Source: an uncultured Bdellovibrio sp. (GTDB taxonomy: Bacteria > Bdellovibrionota > Bdellovibrionia > Bdellovibrionales > Bdellovibrionaceae). From it: 22,259 bases of DNA. The DNA lies in contig CAWVRN010000044.1 in assembly GCA_963932905.1 (NCBI GenBank), positions 1 to 22,259 of the forward strand, written 5' to 3'. How positions within the stretch are numbered: position 1 is the first letter of the stretch; the number at the start of each line of letters is the position of its first letter. Below, piece after piece: positions 8,345 through 17,210 of the stretch. The notes beneath the pieces are model-generated. The model did no database searches. It was not told where the DNA came from and worked only from the letters and a program-made list of their open reading frames with translations. A program made the position numbers and the translations under genes.

Positions 8345-10570
8345 TTAAATAAACAAAATGCGAATATATTTAAGACCGCTAAATGCACTTTCGATGTTGG
8401 CCTTTGTCTGATTTGACCAACCTGTTGAAGATATACAAACAAAATGACCTACATTAAAGTCGCGGCAAAACTTTACGTATCTTGCAAGTTGAGGATTCTT
8501 AAGGGTTCCGTTCGTCTTACATTCGGCGACCAATAGCTTACCGTCAAAATTTCCTATAATATCAATTTCTTGTACTGCGTTTTGATTTTCATTGCATATC
8601 TCTACTTCGCATTCAAACTCAAAATAATTTTTAGAAGTATCCTTAATTTTTTTTGCGCCATATAGAACGAGATCGCTATTTGATTCTTGCAACCCATAGA
8701 CTAAAGGATTCTGATCATAGAGAAATCTTGGATCAATGTCGCCCGAGGATAAAATATTGCGGGTATGCATATTAGAACATCGATTGCATTTAAACTTACG
8801 ACTTACACTCCCTTCAGAATAAAAATCCACCCATCCGCAGGTCTGACAAATCAGTTTTTCTCCACGAATTAACACCTCACGCTCAATCCACTGATTCAAC
8901 AAATCAATAGTTACCGAAGAAAGGGGCACTCCAAAGGCTTCCGCAATAGGCATGCTAAATAGGAATCGATTTTTAATCACAATTCCAGCATGAAGAGCAA
9001 GCCCTAGGCTTGTTTTATTTTTGGCTTTCGATCCATTTCTAAATACTTCAAAGACATTGCATGAATCTGAGTTGTAATATTCTTCGTAAAACAGATCGAC
9101 ACTTCCGGACCAAAGATTCAACACAGCATCTATATTCATAGAACCTATTGATTTTCTCGGTGAAAGATTCTTCTTTGAAAGTATCTCTTTCAAATCTTGA
9201 AAGAATTTATTTTTAACCAGGCGGGGACCATGGAGGGCCGACTCAATTTGTTGCCCAGCTCTAGATAGATGCATAATAGGATTAAATGAAACGCCTCCGG
9301 TATACGACCTTCTTGCATCATCATCTAAAGCTATTCTCTCGTTTGGCCATCGAATAGGCACCGAATCTATCATATTATGTCCGAGAAACTTATAAGCTGA
9401 AGTATGCAAATCTATCTGAAACTTCGCTTTACTCGTTTCCAATTTAAAGCCCTTTGGTGAAAGCAAGGGGGCCTTTTGAATCGACGATGTCCCCTTAAAC
9501 AACATTGCAATTTCCGAGAAATTATTCGGTTCTCCCCACTCTAACCAGTTTTTGACAATAGAATTAAAATCAACATCAAAAGAATATCGAGGTCTCATAA
9601 AAGACGAACCAGAAATCTTCGATTCTGTTCTACTAATCGAATCCGAAACAAACTTATTCAAATCAGCTTCACTGAGAGACGCTGAAGTAAAAACACATCC
9701 TTTTTCTCGATCCTGATCCGTAACCATTCGATACAATAGAAAGTCAAATTCACTAGGAATACTCTCTTGTTTTGGTATCAACAATGATGTCGGAATCCAG
9801 CGAACTGAAAAATAGAAATTCTGAAGAGTCTGAAATAAGCACCAATCTTCAATTTTATCTCCCACAATAACGATATAGGGAATTAAATAAGGAATAACTG
9901 GGCCATTTACCCCCGCAGCACCAAGAAACCTGTTGGTCTCTTTCATCGGGCTACCATCAAAGTTATTTGGATATCTACAACTTGCGATATCTACGCAATT
10001 GTTTTCAATGTCCTGGATTGTAATGTTTAAATTGTTAAAATGAACCAAATTAGCATTTACACAAACGTCTTTTTGATATTTCCCACTCCTTCCAAAATGG
10101 GAAAAAAACCACAAATCATGTACTATGCTTTCAGTCGGGCCATATTCGACCATCGTGGTCATTTGCAACTCACCTGAAAACAAGTCCTCGAAAGGCATCG
10201 TATAATGATGCCCTCGATGAACCATTTTCGGAATTTGAACAACTTCGGAATCAAATTGAAATATTTCGGCCCGAGTTAACAAGCTCTCGGATAAGAATTC
10301 CAAAAAGCTTTCGGAAAACGAAGCTGTTGAGACAATTCGATCAGGATCATACTTCTGTAACAATTTAATCCAAACTTGAATATCTGGATTGTTTTGCTCA
10401 TTCTCACCTATCGGCAGGAAAAAATAATTCGACCCACCCCATACTGTTGAAATCCAGGGCAAAACTTCGTCCATTATCCAAGATAGCGGAGATCTAATAT
10501 CTATGAGAAAAGCAATGCGCGTCGGTCTCAATGTTGCTGTAACGTCTACCGTTGTTATTTCGGTTTCCAT
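8345..10570 (-). CDS. Large hypothetical protein with C-terminal Zn-ribbon and PD-(D/E)XK nuclease-like domain
   Basis: CQTC (8837-8848) and CNRC (8777-8788), followed by EVEI...QEIDIIGNFDGKLLVAECK (D...ExK motif). The likely start is ATG 10570 (METEITT) with AGGA upstream; the ORF track starts at 10624. Confidence 0.75.
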   Translation of the reverse strand: METEITTVDVTATLRPTRIAFLIDIRSPLSWIMDEVLPWISTVWGGSNYFFLPIGENEQNNPDIQVWIKLLQKYDPDRIVSTASFSESFLEFLSESLLTRAEIFQFDSEVVQIPKMVHRGHHYTMPFEDLFSGELQMTTMVEYGPTESIVHDLWFFSHFGRSGKYQKDVCVNANLVHFNNLNITIQDIENNCVDIASCRYPNNFDGSPMKETNRFLGAAGVNGPVIPYLIPYIVIVGDKIEDWCLFQTLQNFYFSVRWIPTSLLIPKQESIPSEFDFLLYRMVTDQDREKGCVFTSASLSEADLNKFVSDSISRTESKISGSSFMRPRYSFDVDFNSIVKNWLEWGEPNNFSEIAMLFKGTSSIQKAPLLSPKGFKLETSKAKFQIDLHTSAYKFLGHNMIDSVPIRWPNERIALDDDARRSYTGGVSFNPIMHLSRAGQQIESALHGPRLVKNKFFQDLKEILSKKNLSPRKSIGSMNIDAVLNLWSGSVDLFYEEYYNSDSCNVFEVFRNGSKAKNKTSLGLALHAGIVIKNRFLFSMPIAEAFGVPLSSVTIDLLNQWIEREVLIRGEKLICQTCGWVDFYSEGSVSRKFKCNRCSNMHTRNILSSGDIDPRFLYDQNPLVYGLQESNSDLVLYGAKKIKDTSKNYFEFECEVEICNENQNAVQEIDIIGNFDGKLLVAECKTNGTLKNPQLARYVKFCRDFNVGHFVCISSTGWSNQTKANIESAFSGLKYIRILFI

Positions 10571-10649
10571 AATGAAATTCCTAAAAATTTTTCCTAAACG
10601 ACGTAAAAGGACCCATTCACGCAAGACAAAAAATAAGGGGTACCTTTCA

Positions 10650-11180
10650 CTAAATCATTTTAAATACTTTATTTTCAAGATTCGCTCGAAGCAAATAAAA
10701 AGAGAGTGAAATAACAAGTAATGCCGCATTTATAGGATTTAAAAGTGCCAACCCTGTCTCTGAAATCGCATATCCCAAATACATTGGGTGCTTAATGTGG
10801 CGATAGATTCCACTGCTTACTAGGCCACGATTGGCTGGTGATATTCCAATGGAGACTCCAAGTTCAATTGTCGCGAAGACCACTATTAAAAAGCCAGATA
10901 TAGCTAAGAGGTCCGAAACAAGTAGTAACGATTTGGTATCGACAGCAGGTCCCAAATAGAGAAGTGGCATCGCCGAAGATACATAGGCCAGAACACTCGG
11001 AATCAAACCACCTTCTGATCGGCTAGGTTTCCTTTTTAAAAAAAAGTACCCCGCTGCAAAATCCCGCAAAACCAACAGTAAAAAAAACATAAGCTGAGTC
11101 TGGTGCCAGCGATAAAGTGCTATCACACCAAACCCGATCATCATTGCCGAGCCTAAATATTTTCCATAGTCTTTATTCAA
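10650..11180 (-). CDS. Isoprenylcysteine carboxylmethyltransferase (ICMT/PEMT) family membrane methyltransferase
   Basis: Multiple TM helices and the motif LVSSGIYRHIKHPMYLG...RANLE. The likely start is TTG 11180, just after the upstream peptide stop; the ORF track starts at 11210. Confidence 0.85.
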   Translation of the reverse strand: MNKDYGKYLGSAMMIGFGVIALYRWHQTQLMFFLLLVLRDFAAGYFFLKRKPSRSEGGLIPSVLAYVSSAMPLLYLGPAVDTKSLLLVSDLLAISGFLIVVFATIELGVSIGISPANRGLVSSGIYRHIKHPMYLGYAISETGLALLNPINAALLVISLSFYLLRANLENKVFKMI

Positions 11181-11181
11181 A

Positions 11182-11340
11182 CTAAATCCCAGGTTCCCCG
11201 CAGACAACAATTGGCCTCACTTTGGATTTTTCAATGTCGCTTATATAGTCATTTCCGGCATCTGCCTGATAAGACTTCATAGATTGAAATCCTGCCACGA
11301 GAGCAAGTATAACGGCCAACACCTGTATCATTTTTTTCAT
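11182..11340 (-). CDS. Small secreted peptide, 52 aa (not in the ORF track)
   Basis: MKKMIQVLAVILALVAGFQSMKSYQADAGNDYISDIEKSKVRPIVVCGEPGI*. The ATG overlaps the hydrolase stop (ATGA), a GGGGAG RBS lies upstream, and the ORF fills the gap between two operon genes. It has basic n-region, hydrophobic h-region and an A-D-A cleavage-like motif. Confidence 0.75.
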   Translation of the reverse strand: MKKMIQVLAVILALVAGFQSMKSYQADAGNDYISDIEKSKVRPIVVCGEPGI

Positions 11341-12125
11341 TTCTCCCCCTTATGATATAAAAATTCTGTTTCTATTAAATTTGAAACCTTATCGGGCTGG
11401 TCCATAGTTACGAAGTGACTCGCATTTTCAACTTCGAAAAATTCAAATCCGCCTGCTAAAGAGTCATTTTTTAAAATATCTACGTCCAAAAGTTTATCGG
11501 CGCTTCCAGCAATGAAGATCTTTTTCTGTTCAATTGTCCGAAGAACATCCAACAAGTCTTCTTTTCCTAAAACATCTGCTCGGTTATCCAAGAAATATTT
11601 TGCAGACACCCTGTCATTTATCAGAGCATCTTTGCCTTTTGGTGTTAAAAAATACATATCGCCATACTCCGAAACCCAATTAGCAAAAGACGAATCGTCT
11701 CGCATTTCGGTCCATTTTAATTCTGCGTCACTTAAAGCGGGTGACATGTTTTTCAAATAATTATCATTTGCAGATGAAAGCGCTGCTTTCGAAAATGGAG
11801 TCGAAATACAAACAAGTCCTGAAACTACGTCACGAACAAGTAATTCTGCGGCGACAAAGCCTCCGAACGAATGGCCTAACGCATATTTCAAACCGGATTC
11901 ACTTTTTACAACCTTTTCCAACGCTGTTGTGATTTCGGTGAACGTTTTTTTTCCTGTATAACTGGAATCATTCGTCCCCTGGATATCTACATAAATAAGT
12001 TCAAAACTCCGTTTGAGCACATCAAGGCCTCGCAAAGTAAGCGAACTTAACCCAGGTCCACCAGGAATTATGAAAAGTTTCGGTCCATTGGGTGAGACAG
12101 ACGGAACATAGGTTAATTTAATCAT
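11337..12125 (-). CDS. Alpha/beta fold hydrolase, proline iminopeptidase (S33)-like
   Basis: IIPGGPG oxyanion motif, GHSFGG nucleophile elbow, Asp in GSADKL and His in NASHF. No signal peptide. Confidence 0.9.
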   Translation of the reverse strand: MIKLTYVPSVSPNGPKLFIIPGGPGLSSLTLRGLDVLKRSFELIYVDIQGTNDSSYTGKKTFTEITTALEKVVKSESGLKYALGHSFGGFVAAELLVRDVVSGLVCISTPFSKAALSSANDNYLKNMSPALSDAELKWTEMRDDSSFANWVSEYGDMYFLTPKGKDALINDRVSAKYFLDNRADVLGKEDLLDVLRTIEQKKIFIAGSADKLLDVDILKNDSLAGGFEFFEVENASHFVTMDQPDKVSNLIETEFLYHKGEK

Positions 12126-12163
12126 ATGAGTGCCTCAAATTTTTCTTTAAAAGCTTGTGCGCT

Positions 12164-13489
12164 TTATGTTTTGTTAAGATTAAAATCCTTCAACCAACGA
12201 TAAAGAGTGGCTTCGCTAATTCCCAGACTTACAGCAGATTTTCTTTTATTGCCGTTAAATTCATTCAACGTTTTGATTAACTCTTCTTTACGGGCATTAG
12301 TTTCTACAACAGCAACCCTAGTAAGGTTTGTTTCGCTCGGAGATTGGCCATAGCCGATGGCCTCAGCTACGACTCCACTATCTATAGTAGTTTTGGAAGA
12401 CAGGACTATGATTCTTTCAATAACGTTTCTTAACTCTCTGATATTTCCTGGCCAACGATACTTCAGCAACTCTAACTCTCCATCTTGAGTTAAGTGAAAC
12501 CTATCCCCATTTCGAGATAGTTCGTCAATAAACAGATTTGCATAAAAAATGATATCCTCGGGACGCTCTCTTAAAGACGGTAACTTCAAAACGAATGTAT
12601 TAAGCCTTTGAAGAAGATCGAGTCTAAATGTACCGTCCGCGACAAGTTTGTTTAGGTCCCTATGGGTAGCAGCGATGAAGCGTACATTTATTTTCTTGGT
12701 TTTATTTGAGCCCAGAGGTTGAACTTCCTTTTCTTGAATTACACGTAAGAGTTTAGATTGAACAGACGAAGAGCATTCTCCAATTTCATCAAGGAAGAAA
12801 AGGCCATTATGTGCCGTTTCAATCAGACCTGTCTTATTTGCAATGGCTCCAGTAAAAGCACCACGTTCATGGCCAAACAAAATGCTCTCAGCCATTTCTT
12901 TCGGTATGCAACCCATATTGGTACTCACCGCTTTTAATTTAAGATTATGCGCTATATGTTGAGCTAAAAATTCTTTCCCAGTTCCAGTTTCACCCAAAAT
13001 TAAAATTGGAGACTCAGAATTACTTCTAAGAATAGTATTTACCTGACGAAGAACGTTTTTTACCGACTCGGATTGAGTAAGATATTTAGTTTGAGCTTCC
13101 GCCTTGGTGGCAATCCGCAACTGAGTTGCATTCTTAAGAGAACTTAATAGAAATCCAAAGTAGTCGATATCTTTAACGATGAATTGAAAATGTTTTCTTC
13201 TGGTTGCCTCAACAATCCGCCGTGTACTTGTATCACCGCTGAGCACTATCAGGAAAGTTCCCGCAGATTGCTTGTTCATAAAATCCAAAAGATGAATTCC
13301 ATCGAATTCTTGACCGTCAAAATTTAAATCAATGATAGCCGCATCAAAGTCGGTTTCTAAAACAATTCTTTTTGCTTTTTCTACGGTATTTGCAGTAACG
13401 ACCTCGAAACTTGAACGGAGGCTTAGATTAAGAGTCTGTAAAATATCAGAATCATCATCACAGATAAGTATTTTTGGCTTTATGTTCAT
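12164..13489 (-). CDS. sigma54-dependent NtrC/Fis-family response regulator
   Basis: Receiver domain (ICDDD, IIDL), Walker A GETGTGKE, GAFTGA loop, FLDEIGE, WPGNIREL and a C-terminal Fis HTH (LGISEATLYR). Confidence 0.97.
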   Translation of the reverse strand: MNIKPKILICDDDSDILQTLNLSLRSSFEVVTANTVEKAKRIVLETDFDAAIIDLNFDGQEFDGIHLLDFMNKQSAGTFLIVLSGDTSTRRIVEATRRKHFQFIVKDIDYFGFLLSSLKNATQLRIATKAEAQTKYLTQSESVKNVLRQVNTILRSNSESPILILGETGTGKEFLAQHIAHNLKLKAVSTNMGCIPKEMAESILFGHERGAFTGAIANKTGLIETAHNGLFFLDEIGECSSSVQSKLLRVIQEKEVQPLGSNKTKKINVRFIAATHRDLNKLVADGTFRLDLLQRLNTFVLKLPSLRERPEDIIFYANLFIDELSRNGDRFHLTQDGELELLKYRWPGNIRELRNVIERIIVLSSKTTIDSGVVAEAIGYGQSPSETNLTRVAVVETNARKEELIKTLNEFNGNKRKSAVSLGISEATLYRWLKDFNLNKT

Positions 13490-14847
13490 ATAATCCCCAA
13501 ACGAATCTCAAAGCTAGAGCCTCCGAGATCACTTCTTTTATATATCAATTTTCCACCGTGAGAATGAACAATGTGATTCGTCGACGAGAGACCAAATGCC
13601 TGTCGATTTGCTTTCCCCGATTGACCTCGCCCCTGAAAATAAAGTGGAACCTTGCTTTCATCCATGCCGATTCCGTCGTCGCAGATACGAATGATAGCAT
13701 GGTTACTATTTTTAACTACTGAAACACGAACTTGGCTTTTCGCCGCTTCAAGGCCATTTTCTAGCAGGTTTACTAACGCCCGTTTTAAAAGTACGGGATC
13801 ATGAGGAACACCAAAATATTCAGATTCAAAATCAGCATAAATAGTTTTTTTATTTTCAAGGGTTTGTGCCTGATAAATTCCATCTTGGATACAATTGATA
13901 ATGTTCAATTCCCTTAGAGCAATTGGTTCATCTTCTAAATTTTTCTTTGCGGCGGTAACTTGGCTCAAAATCTGGTCAGCCAGTCTAGAGATACTATCGG
14001 CAGCCTCAATCTTTGTTTCCAAGTCTTGAGATTCATCATTCGCAAGACTGCTCATTTGCCTCAACGCCGAAACTGGATTATGAAGATCATGAATAAGTCT
14101 TTTGTAAGCATCCGTAGAAAGTTTTTTTGCTTTAGATTCAGCAATTTGGTCCTTTGCATTCTCCAGCGCCGTTTTTGTCATGCGTACGGTATTTCTTATT
14201 TCTTCAAGCTCCCGTATTTGGATAGGTGCCGATTCGCCAATATTTTCAGCCAACATTCCTTTAATCTCGGCGTGAAGTTGATCGATCGGACGCAACGCTT
14301 TCTTTATGGCTTTTCTCATTTGATGGGCCGACAACAGCGAAACTAAAACACAAAGAAAAAATATGCCACTGAAAATCCCTAGGGTGCTCGCGATAATTGG
14401 CTTCAAGGGAGAAATTATATAAATTGTAGCATCTAAAGGAGCTTGGCCCGGTCGTTTAATTTCACTTGAAGTGATAATTTCACTACGGCCAATATCCTTA
14501 TTCCACAATTTCAGTATAGAATCTGGTTTGATAAATGGACGATCAAGTTCCTCAAGACTTCGACTTGAGGCAAATACGTCACCGCCTTGGACAACTATTA
14601 GGTCTGATCGAATTGCCTCAGAAGTCGACTGCAGAACTCGCAAAAGTTCGGGGCGATCTGAAGACTCAATCAACGTTGCAAGATAAGGAGACAGAGACTC
14701 CGCCGTCTTAACGTTTGTCTCAAATTTTGATTCAAGAGAGTTTGCCGCAATCAAACATGATACAGAAACAGCACTAACTAGTGATATCGTCCATCGATAC
14801 AGACTAAGTGAACTATTGACGTGCTTAAAGAAAGTAACTCTTTTCAT
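13486..14847 (-). CDS. Membrane sensor histidine kinase
   Basis: Two TM helices flank a periplasmic domain. H-box LIHDLHNP, N-box NLLENG, G1 DDGIG and an atypical G2 (QAFGLS). Start ATG 14847 overlaps the SBP stop (TAATG), and the stop overlaps the regulator start (ATGA). Confidence 0.95.
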   Translation of the reverse strand: MKRVTFFKHVNSSLSLYRWTISLVSAVSVSCLIAANSLESKFETNVKTAESLSPYLATLIESSDRPELLRVLQSTSEAIRSDLIVVQGGDVFASSRSLEELDRPFIKPDSILKLWNKDIGRSEIITSSEIKRPGQAPLDATIYIISPLKPIIASTLGIFSGIFFLCVLVSLLSAHQMRKAIKKALRPIDQLHAEIKGMLAENIGESAPIQIRELEEIRNTVRMTKTALENAKDQIAESKAKKLSTDAYKRLIHDLHNPVSALRQMSSLANDESQDLETKIEAADSISRLADQILSQVTAAKKNLEDEPIALRELNIINCIQDGIYQAQTLENKKTIYADFESEYFGVPHDPVLLKRALVNLLENGLEAAKSQVRVSVVKNSNHAIIRICDDGIGMDESKVPLYFQGRGQSGKANRQAFGLSSTNHIVHSHGGKLIYKRSDLGGSSFEIRLGII

Positions 14848-16340
14848 TACTCCGCCACTTTTTCCGGCAAGCAATTTGTCGAAAGACTTACATTAGTATA
14901 ATCAATATAAACATCTGATAGAATATTCGGTCTAAAATTTTGAACACAGTTTGAAATCCAATAATTTGCTCTAGGGTGGAAAAGATTTACCGTAACGGAG
15001 GATTTCTCTGTCAATTTCAAGGCCTCAAAATAGTAAGTTTCCCGTATTTTTCTATCTTGCGTAGCCCGTGACTTTTTCAAAATCTCGTCTAGCTTGGCGT
15101 TCTTTAGTCCACTAAAGTTATCTAGGTTATCCGATTCAAAATTTTTCAATAGGAAATCCGCGTCGGGGTAGTCCATGTTCATCGCTACTAAAAATGCTTG
15201 ATGAGACTTTTTAGCATACCCGTCCATCAAGCTATTCCAAGCCATCAACTCCACTTCAACACTCCAACCCCTATTAGACATTTCTTTTTCAACCAACACT
15301 TTCATATCTTTGGCCCTAGCTAACTCGGCAGGAATAGCGATTGTAATCTTTTTTCGTATAGGGCGAGCCCATTTAACATTCAAATCTATTTTTACTTGGG
15401 AGCCGGAAAGCCCATTGGGAACATAGCCATTGGCTTTTACAGAATCGGGATAAAACGATTGACGGAATGTCTCGACTGGAAAACTGACTTTGAAAAGTTG
15501 CCTTGTATTTAGATTATCGAATGGTGGTTTTAGCGTATTCATTCCTATAATCCAAGTTGAAGCTACCGGACTAGATACCTTTTGACCCATGCGAAATATT
15601 GGATCATTTTCAGTCAATGGCCAACTTGAGAGGTCATGAATGTTTCCAGACTTAGCTAGTTCTAGAGCGACGTCTTGAGTTGTTTCTTTTAAAATTAAGC
15701 GATCAATTTTTGGTTTACCCGCATGAAACTTGGAAAATGCCTCCAAAGACATTTCTTTTTTCGATTGATTGATGCCTATAAATTTGAATGGACCTGACCC
15801 TATCGGACTATGAAAAAAATTAGGATCGAGTACTTTTGATCTCGGAAGAACCTTTGCTGTCGCACCCGCCAGAACCGATAGAAACGGCGGAAATGGGTAC
15901 AGCAATTCAATCTCTAAATTTTTATCATCAATGGCCCGAATCTCTTTTATCGAGTCATAAAACTTGCGAACCTTGCTTTCTGGCAACAATGCCCTCTTCA
16001 ATGAAAACTCGACGTCGGCAGCAGTAATGGCATCACCTGAATGAAAAAATATATTTGTCTTAAGCTGGAATCTAAGGGTACGGCCGTCTTTACTCGTAGA
16101 CCAGGTATCAGCTAAAGCACCTTCAATTTTAAGGGTAGGAGAGAATTTCAATAGTCCATCATAAATTAGATTAGCAACCGTCAGTGAGGCTGTGTCGTTC
16201 ATTTTTATTGGATCGAGTGAAAGTGGAAAAGAATAGATCCCTTTGAAATAGGTTTTAGACGAATCTTGAGCATAGGCTGAGGCTTGCACTAAAAAACCAA
16301 TTGAGAAAAATATTAAAAACAGCCATTTTCCAAGAAACAT
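14847..16340 (-). CDS. Family 5 (OppA/DppA-like) periplasmic solute-binding protein, with no adjacent permease or ATPase
   Basis: Signal peptide ending AYA. Motifs SLDP, IYDGLLK...GALA..W..S.DG, FHSGDAITAADVEFS and PIGSGPFK. Confidence 0.93.
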   Translation of the reverse strand: MFLGKWLFLIFFSIGFLVQASAYAQDSSKTYFKGIYSFPLSLDPIKMNDTASLTVANLIYDGLLKFSPTLKIEGALADTWSTSKDGRTLRFQLKTNIFFHSGDAITAADVEFSLKRALLPESKVRKFYDSIKEIRAIDDKNLEIELLYPFPPFLSVLAGATAKVLPRSKVLDPNFFHSPIGSGPFKFIGINQSKKEMSLEAFSKFHAGKPKIDRLILKETTQDVALELAKSGNIHDLSSWPLTENDPIFRMGQKVSSPVASTWIIGMNTLKPPFDNLNTRQLFKVSFPVETFRQSFYPDSVKANGYVPNGLSGSQVKIDLNVKWARPIRKKITIAIPAELARAKDMKVLVEKEMSNRGWSVEVELMAWNSLMDGYAKKSHQAFLVAMNMDYPDADFLLKNFESDNLDNFSGLKNAKLDEILKKSRATQDRKIRETYYFEALKLTEKSSVTVNLFHPRANYWISNCVQNFRPNILSDVYIDYTNVSLSTNCLPEKVAE

Positions 16341-16379
16341 TTTAACCCCTTATTGGAAGATCAAGTTATTCCTCCCAAT

Positions 16380-16395
16380 TGCGGATATTGTGCCA
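16380..16395 (-). promoter_or_regulatory. sigma54 (-24/-12) promoter of the SBP-HK-RR operon
   Basis: Minus strand TGGCACAATATCCGCA has a consensus TGGCAC -24 element and exact GG-N10-GC spacing, 40 nt upstream of the SBP ATG. Confidence 0.7.
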
Positions 16396-16551
16396 AAGCA
16401 ACCCACCTTAAATAAGCTGTTGCTAACTAAATAATCAAGCAATGCACAATTCTAAACCGTTCCAGTGGCTTAAACGATTTTAATTGATTTACAAAAACAA
16501 CCGGCATGAATGAATTACATACTTCTCAGAGCCAGAATGGCTCCTTATCCG

Positions 16552-16580
16552 TGAGAGAGTCTCTCAAAAATGAGAGACTC
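16552..16580. repeat. Perfect inverted repeat, candidate upstream activator site
   Basis: GAGTCTCTCA-AAAA-TGAGAGACTC (16557-16580) overlaps a second palindrome TGAGAGA-G-TCTCTCA (16552-16566). It lies ~160-185 bp upstream of the sigma54 promoter. Confidence 0.65.
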
Positions 16581-16691
16581 GGAAACCTTGTTACTAAGTG
16601 TAGTAATAAAAAACCGTCGCGATAAAAGCTAAATTTCTACTAATTTGTACTAGCTTAGTATTGATCTGATAAATCCTCGAAGTAATTTAGG

Positions 16692-16916
16692 CTACTTATC
16701 AAAGTTTCGCTTTATTTGATCGCTATTTAAGGAAACTCGGGCATCATATTCGTGACTATTGACCTCCACAAATACCACGTTACTTCTGGTAAGCCATACT
16801 TTAGATATTACCTTGCCTATGGCAAAGTTAAACTTCTTGCATTCCGGGTTATAGGAAGCGTAGGACCCCGGTTTTTTTTCGCAACGTACCCGCCCTATTG
16901 CAATAATAGAAGTCAT
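16692..16916 (-). CDS. Small hypothetical protein
   Basis: 74-aa ORF co-oriented with upstream small ORFs. No motif recognised. It overlaps an alternative 42-aa ORF (16849-16977). Confidence 0.4.
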   Translation of the reverse strand: MTSIIAIGRVRCEKKPGSYASYNPECKKFNFAIGKVISKVWLTRSNVVFVEVNSHEYDARVSLNSDQIKRNFDK

Positions 16917-16976
16917 TTTTCTTTATCCAAAAGCTCTGCATAGGCAGCCTTTGTGTATATTGTGGTCGATGTGCCA

Positions 16977-17210
16977 TTAGCCAGCCTCACAAGCTATCTC
17001 TTTAAAAATTAAATTCGATTTAAAGAAACTGAATTCGGAATCCGTATTAACCACGTAGGTAAACGCTAAACTTTTAAAAACGAAAGAACTTTCTCTAAAC
17101 TCAATAGAAATTATGGAATCCAAATCAAACTTAACGCTATTCAAATAGCTCAAAAGCTTCGGTTTAGACTCTAAGAAAATAAGTTTTGGACTTTTATATT
17201 TCATTTTCAT
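16977..17210 (-). CDS. Small hypothetical protein
   Basis: 77-aa ORF overlapping the upstream ORF end, with a GAGGG RBS. Confidence 0.55.
   Translation of the reverse strand: MKMKYKSPKLIFLESKPKLLSYLNSVKFDLDSIISIEFRESSFVFKSLAFTYVVNTDSEFSFFKSNLIFKEIACEAG

Noticed and set aside
11182..11205. CAAX prenylation motif on the small peptide
   Set aside because: The Cys is sixth from the C-terminus (CGEPGI), and no prenyltransferase is encoded in the window.
4855..16027. Short ORFs nested in or antisense to long genes (e.g. 5497, 5986, 7002, 11512, 13960, 14471, 15836)
   Set aside because: They overlap well-supported CDSs and have no motifs; treated as shadow ORFs.
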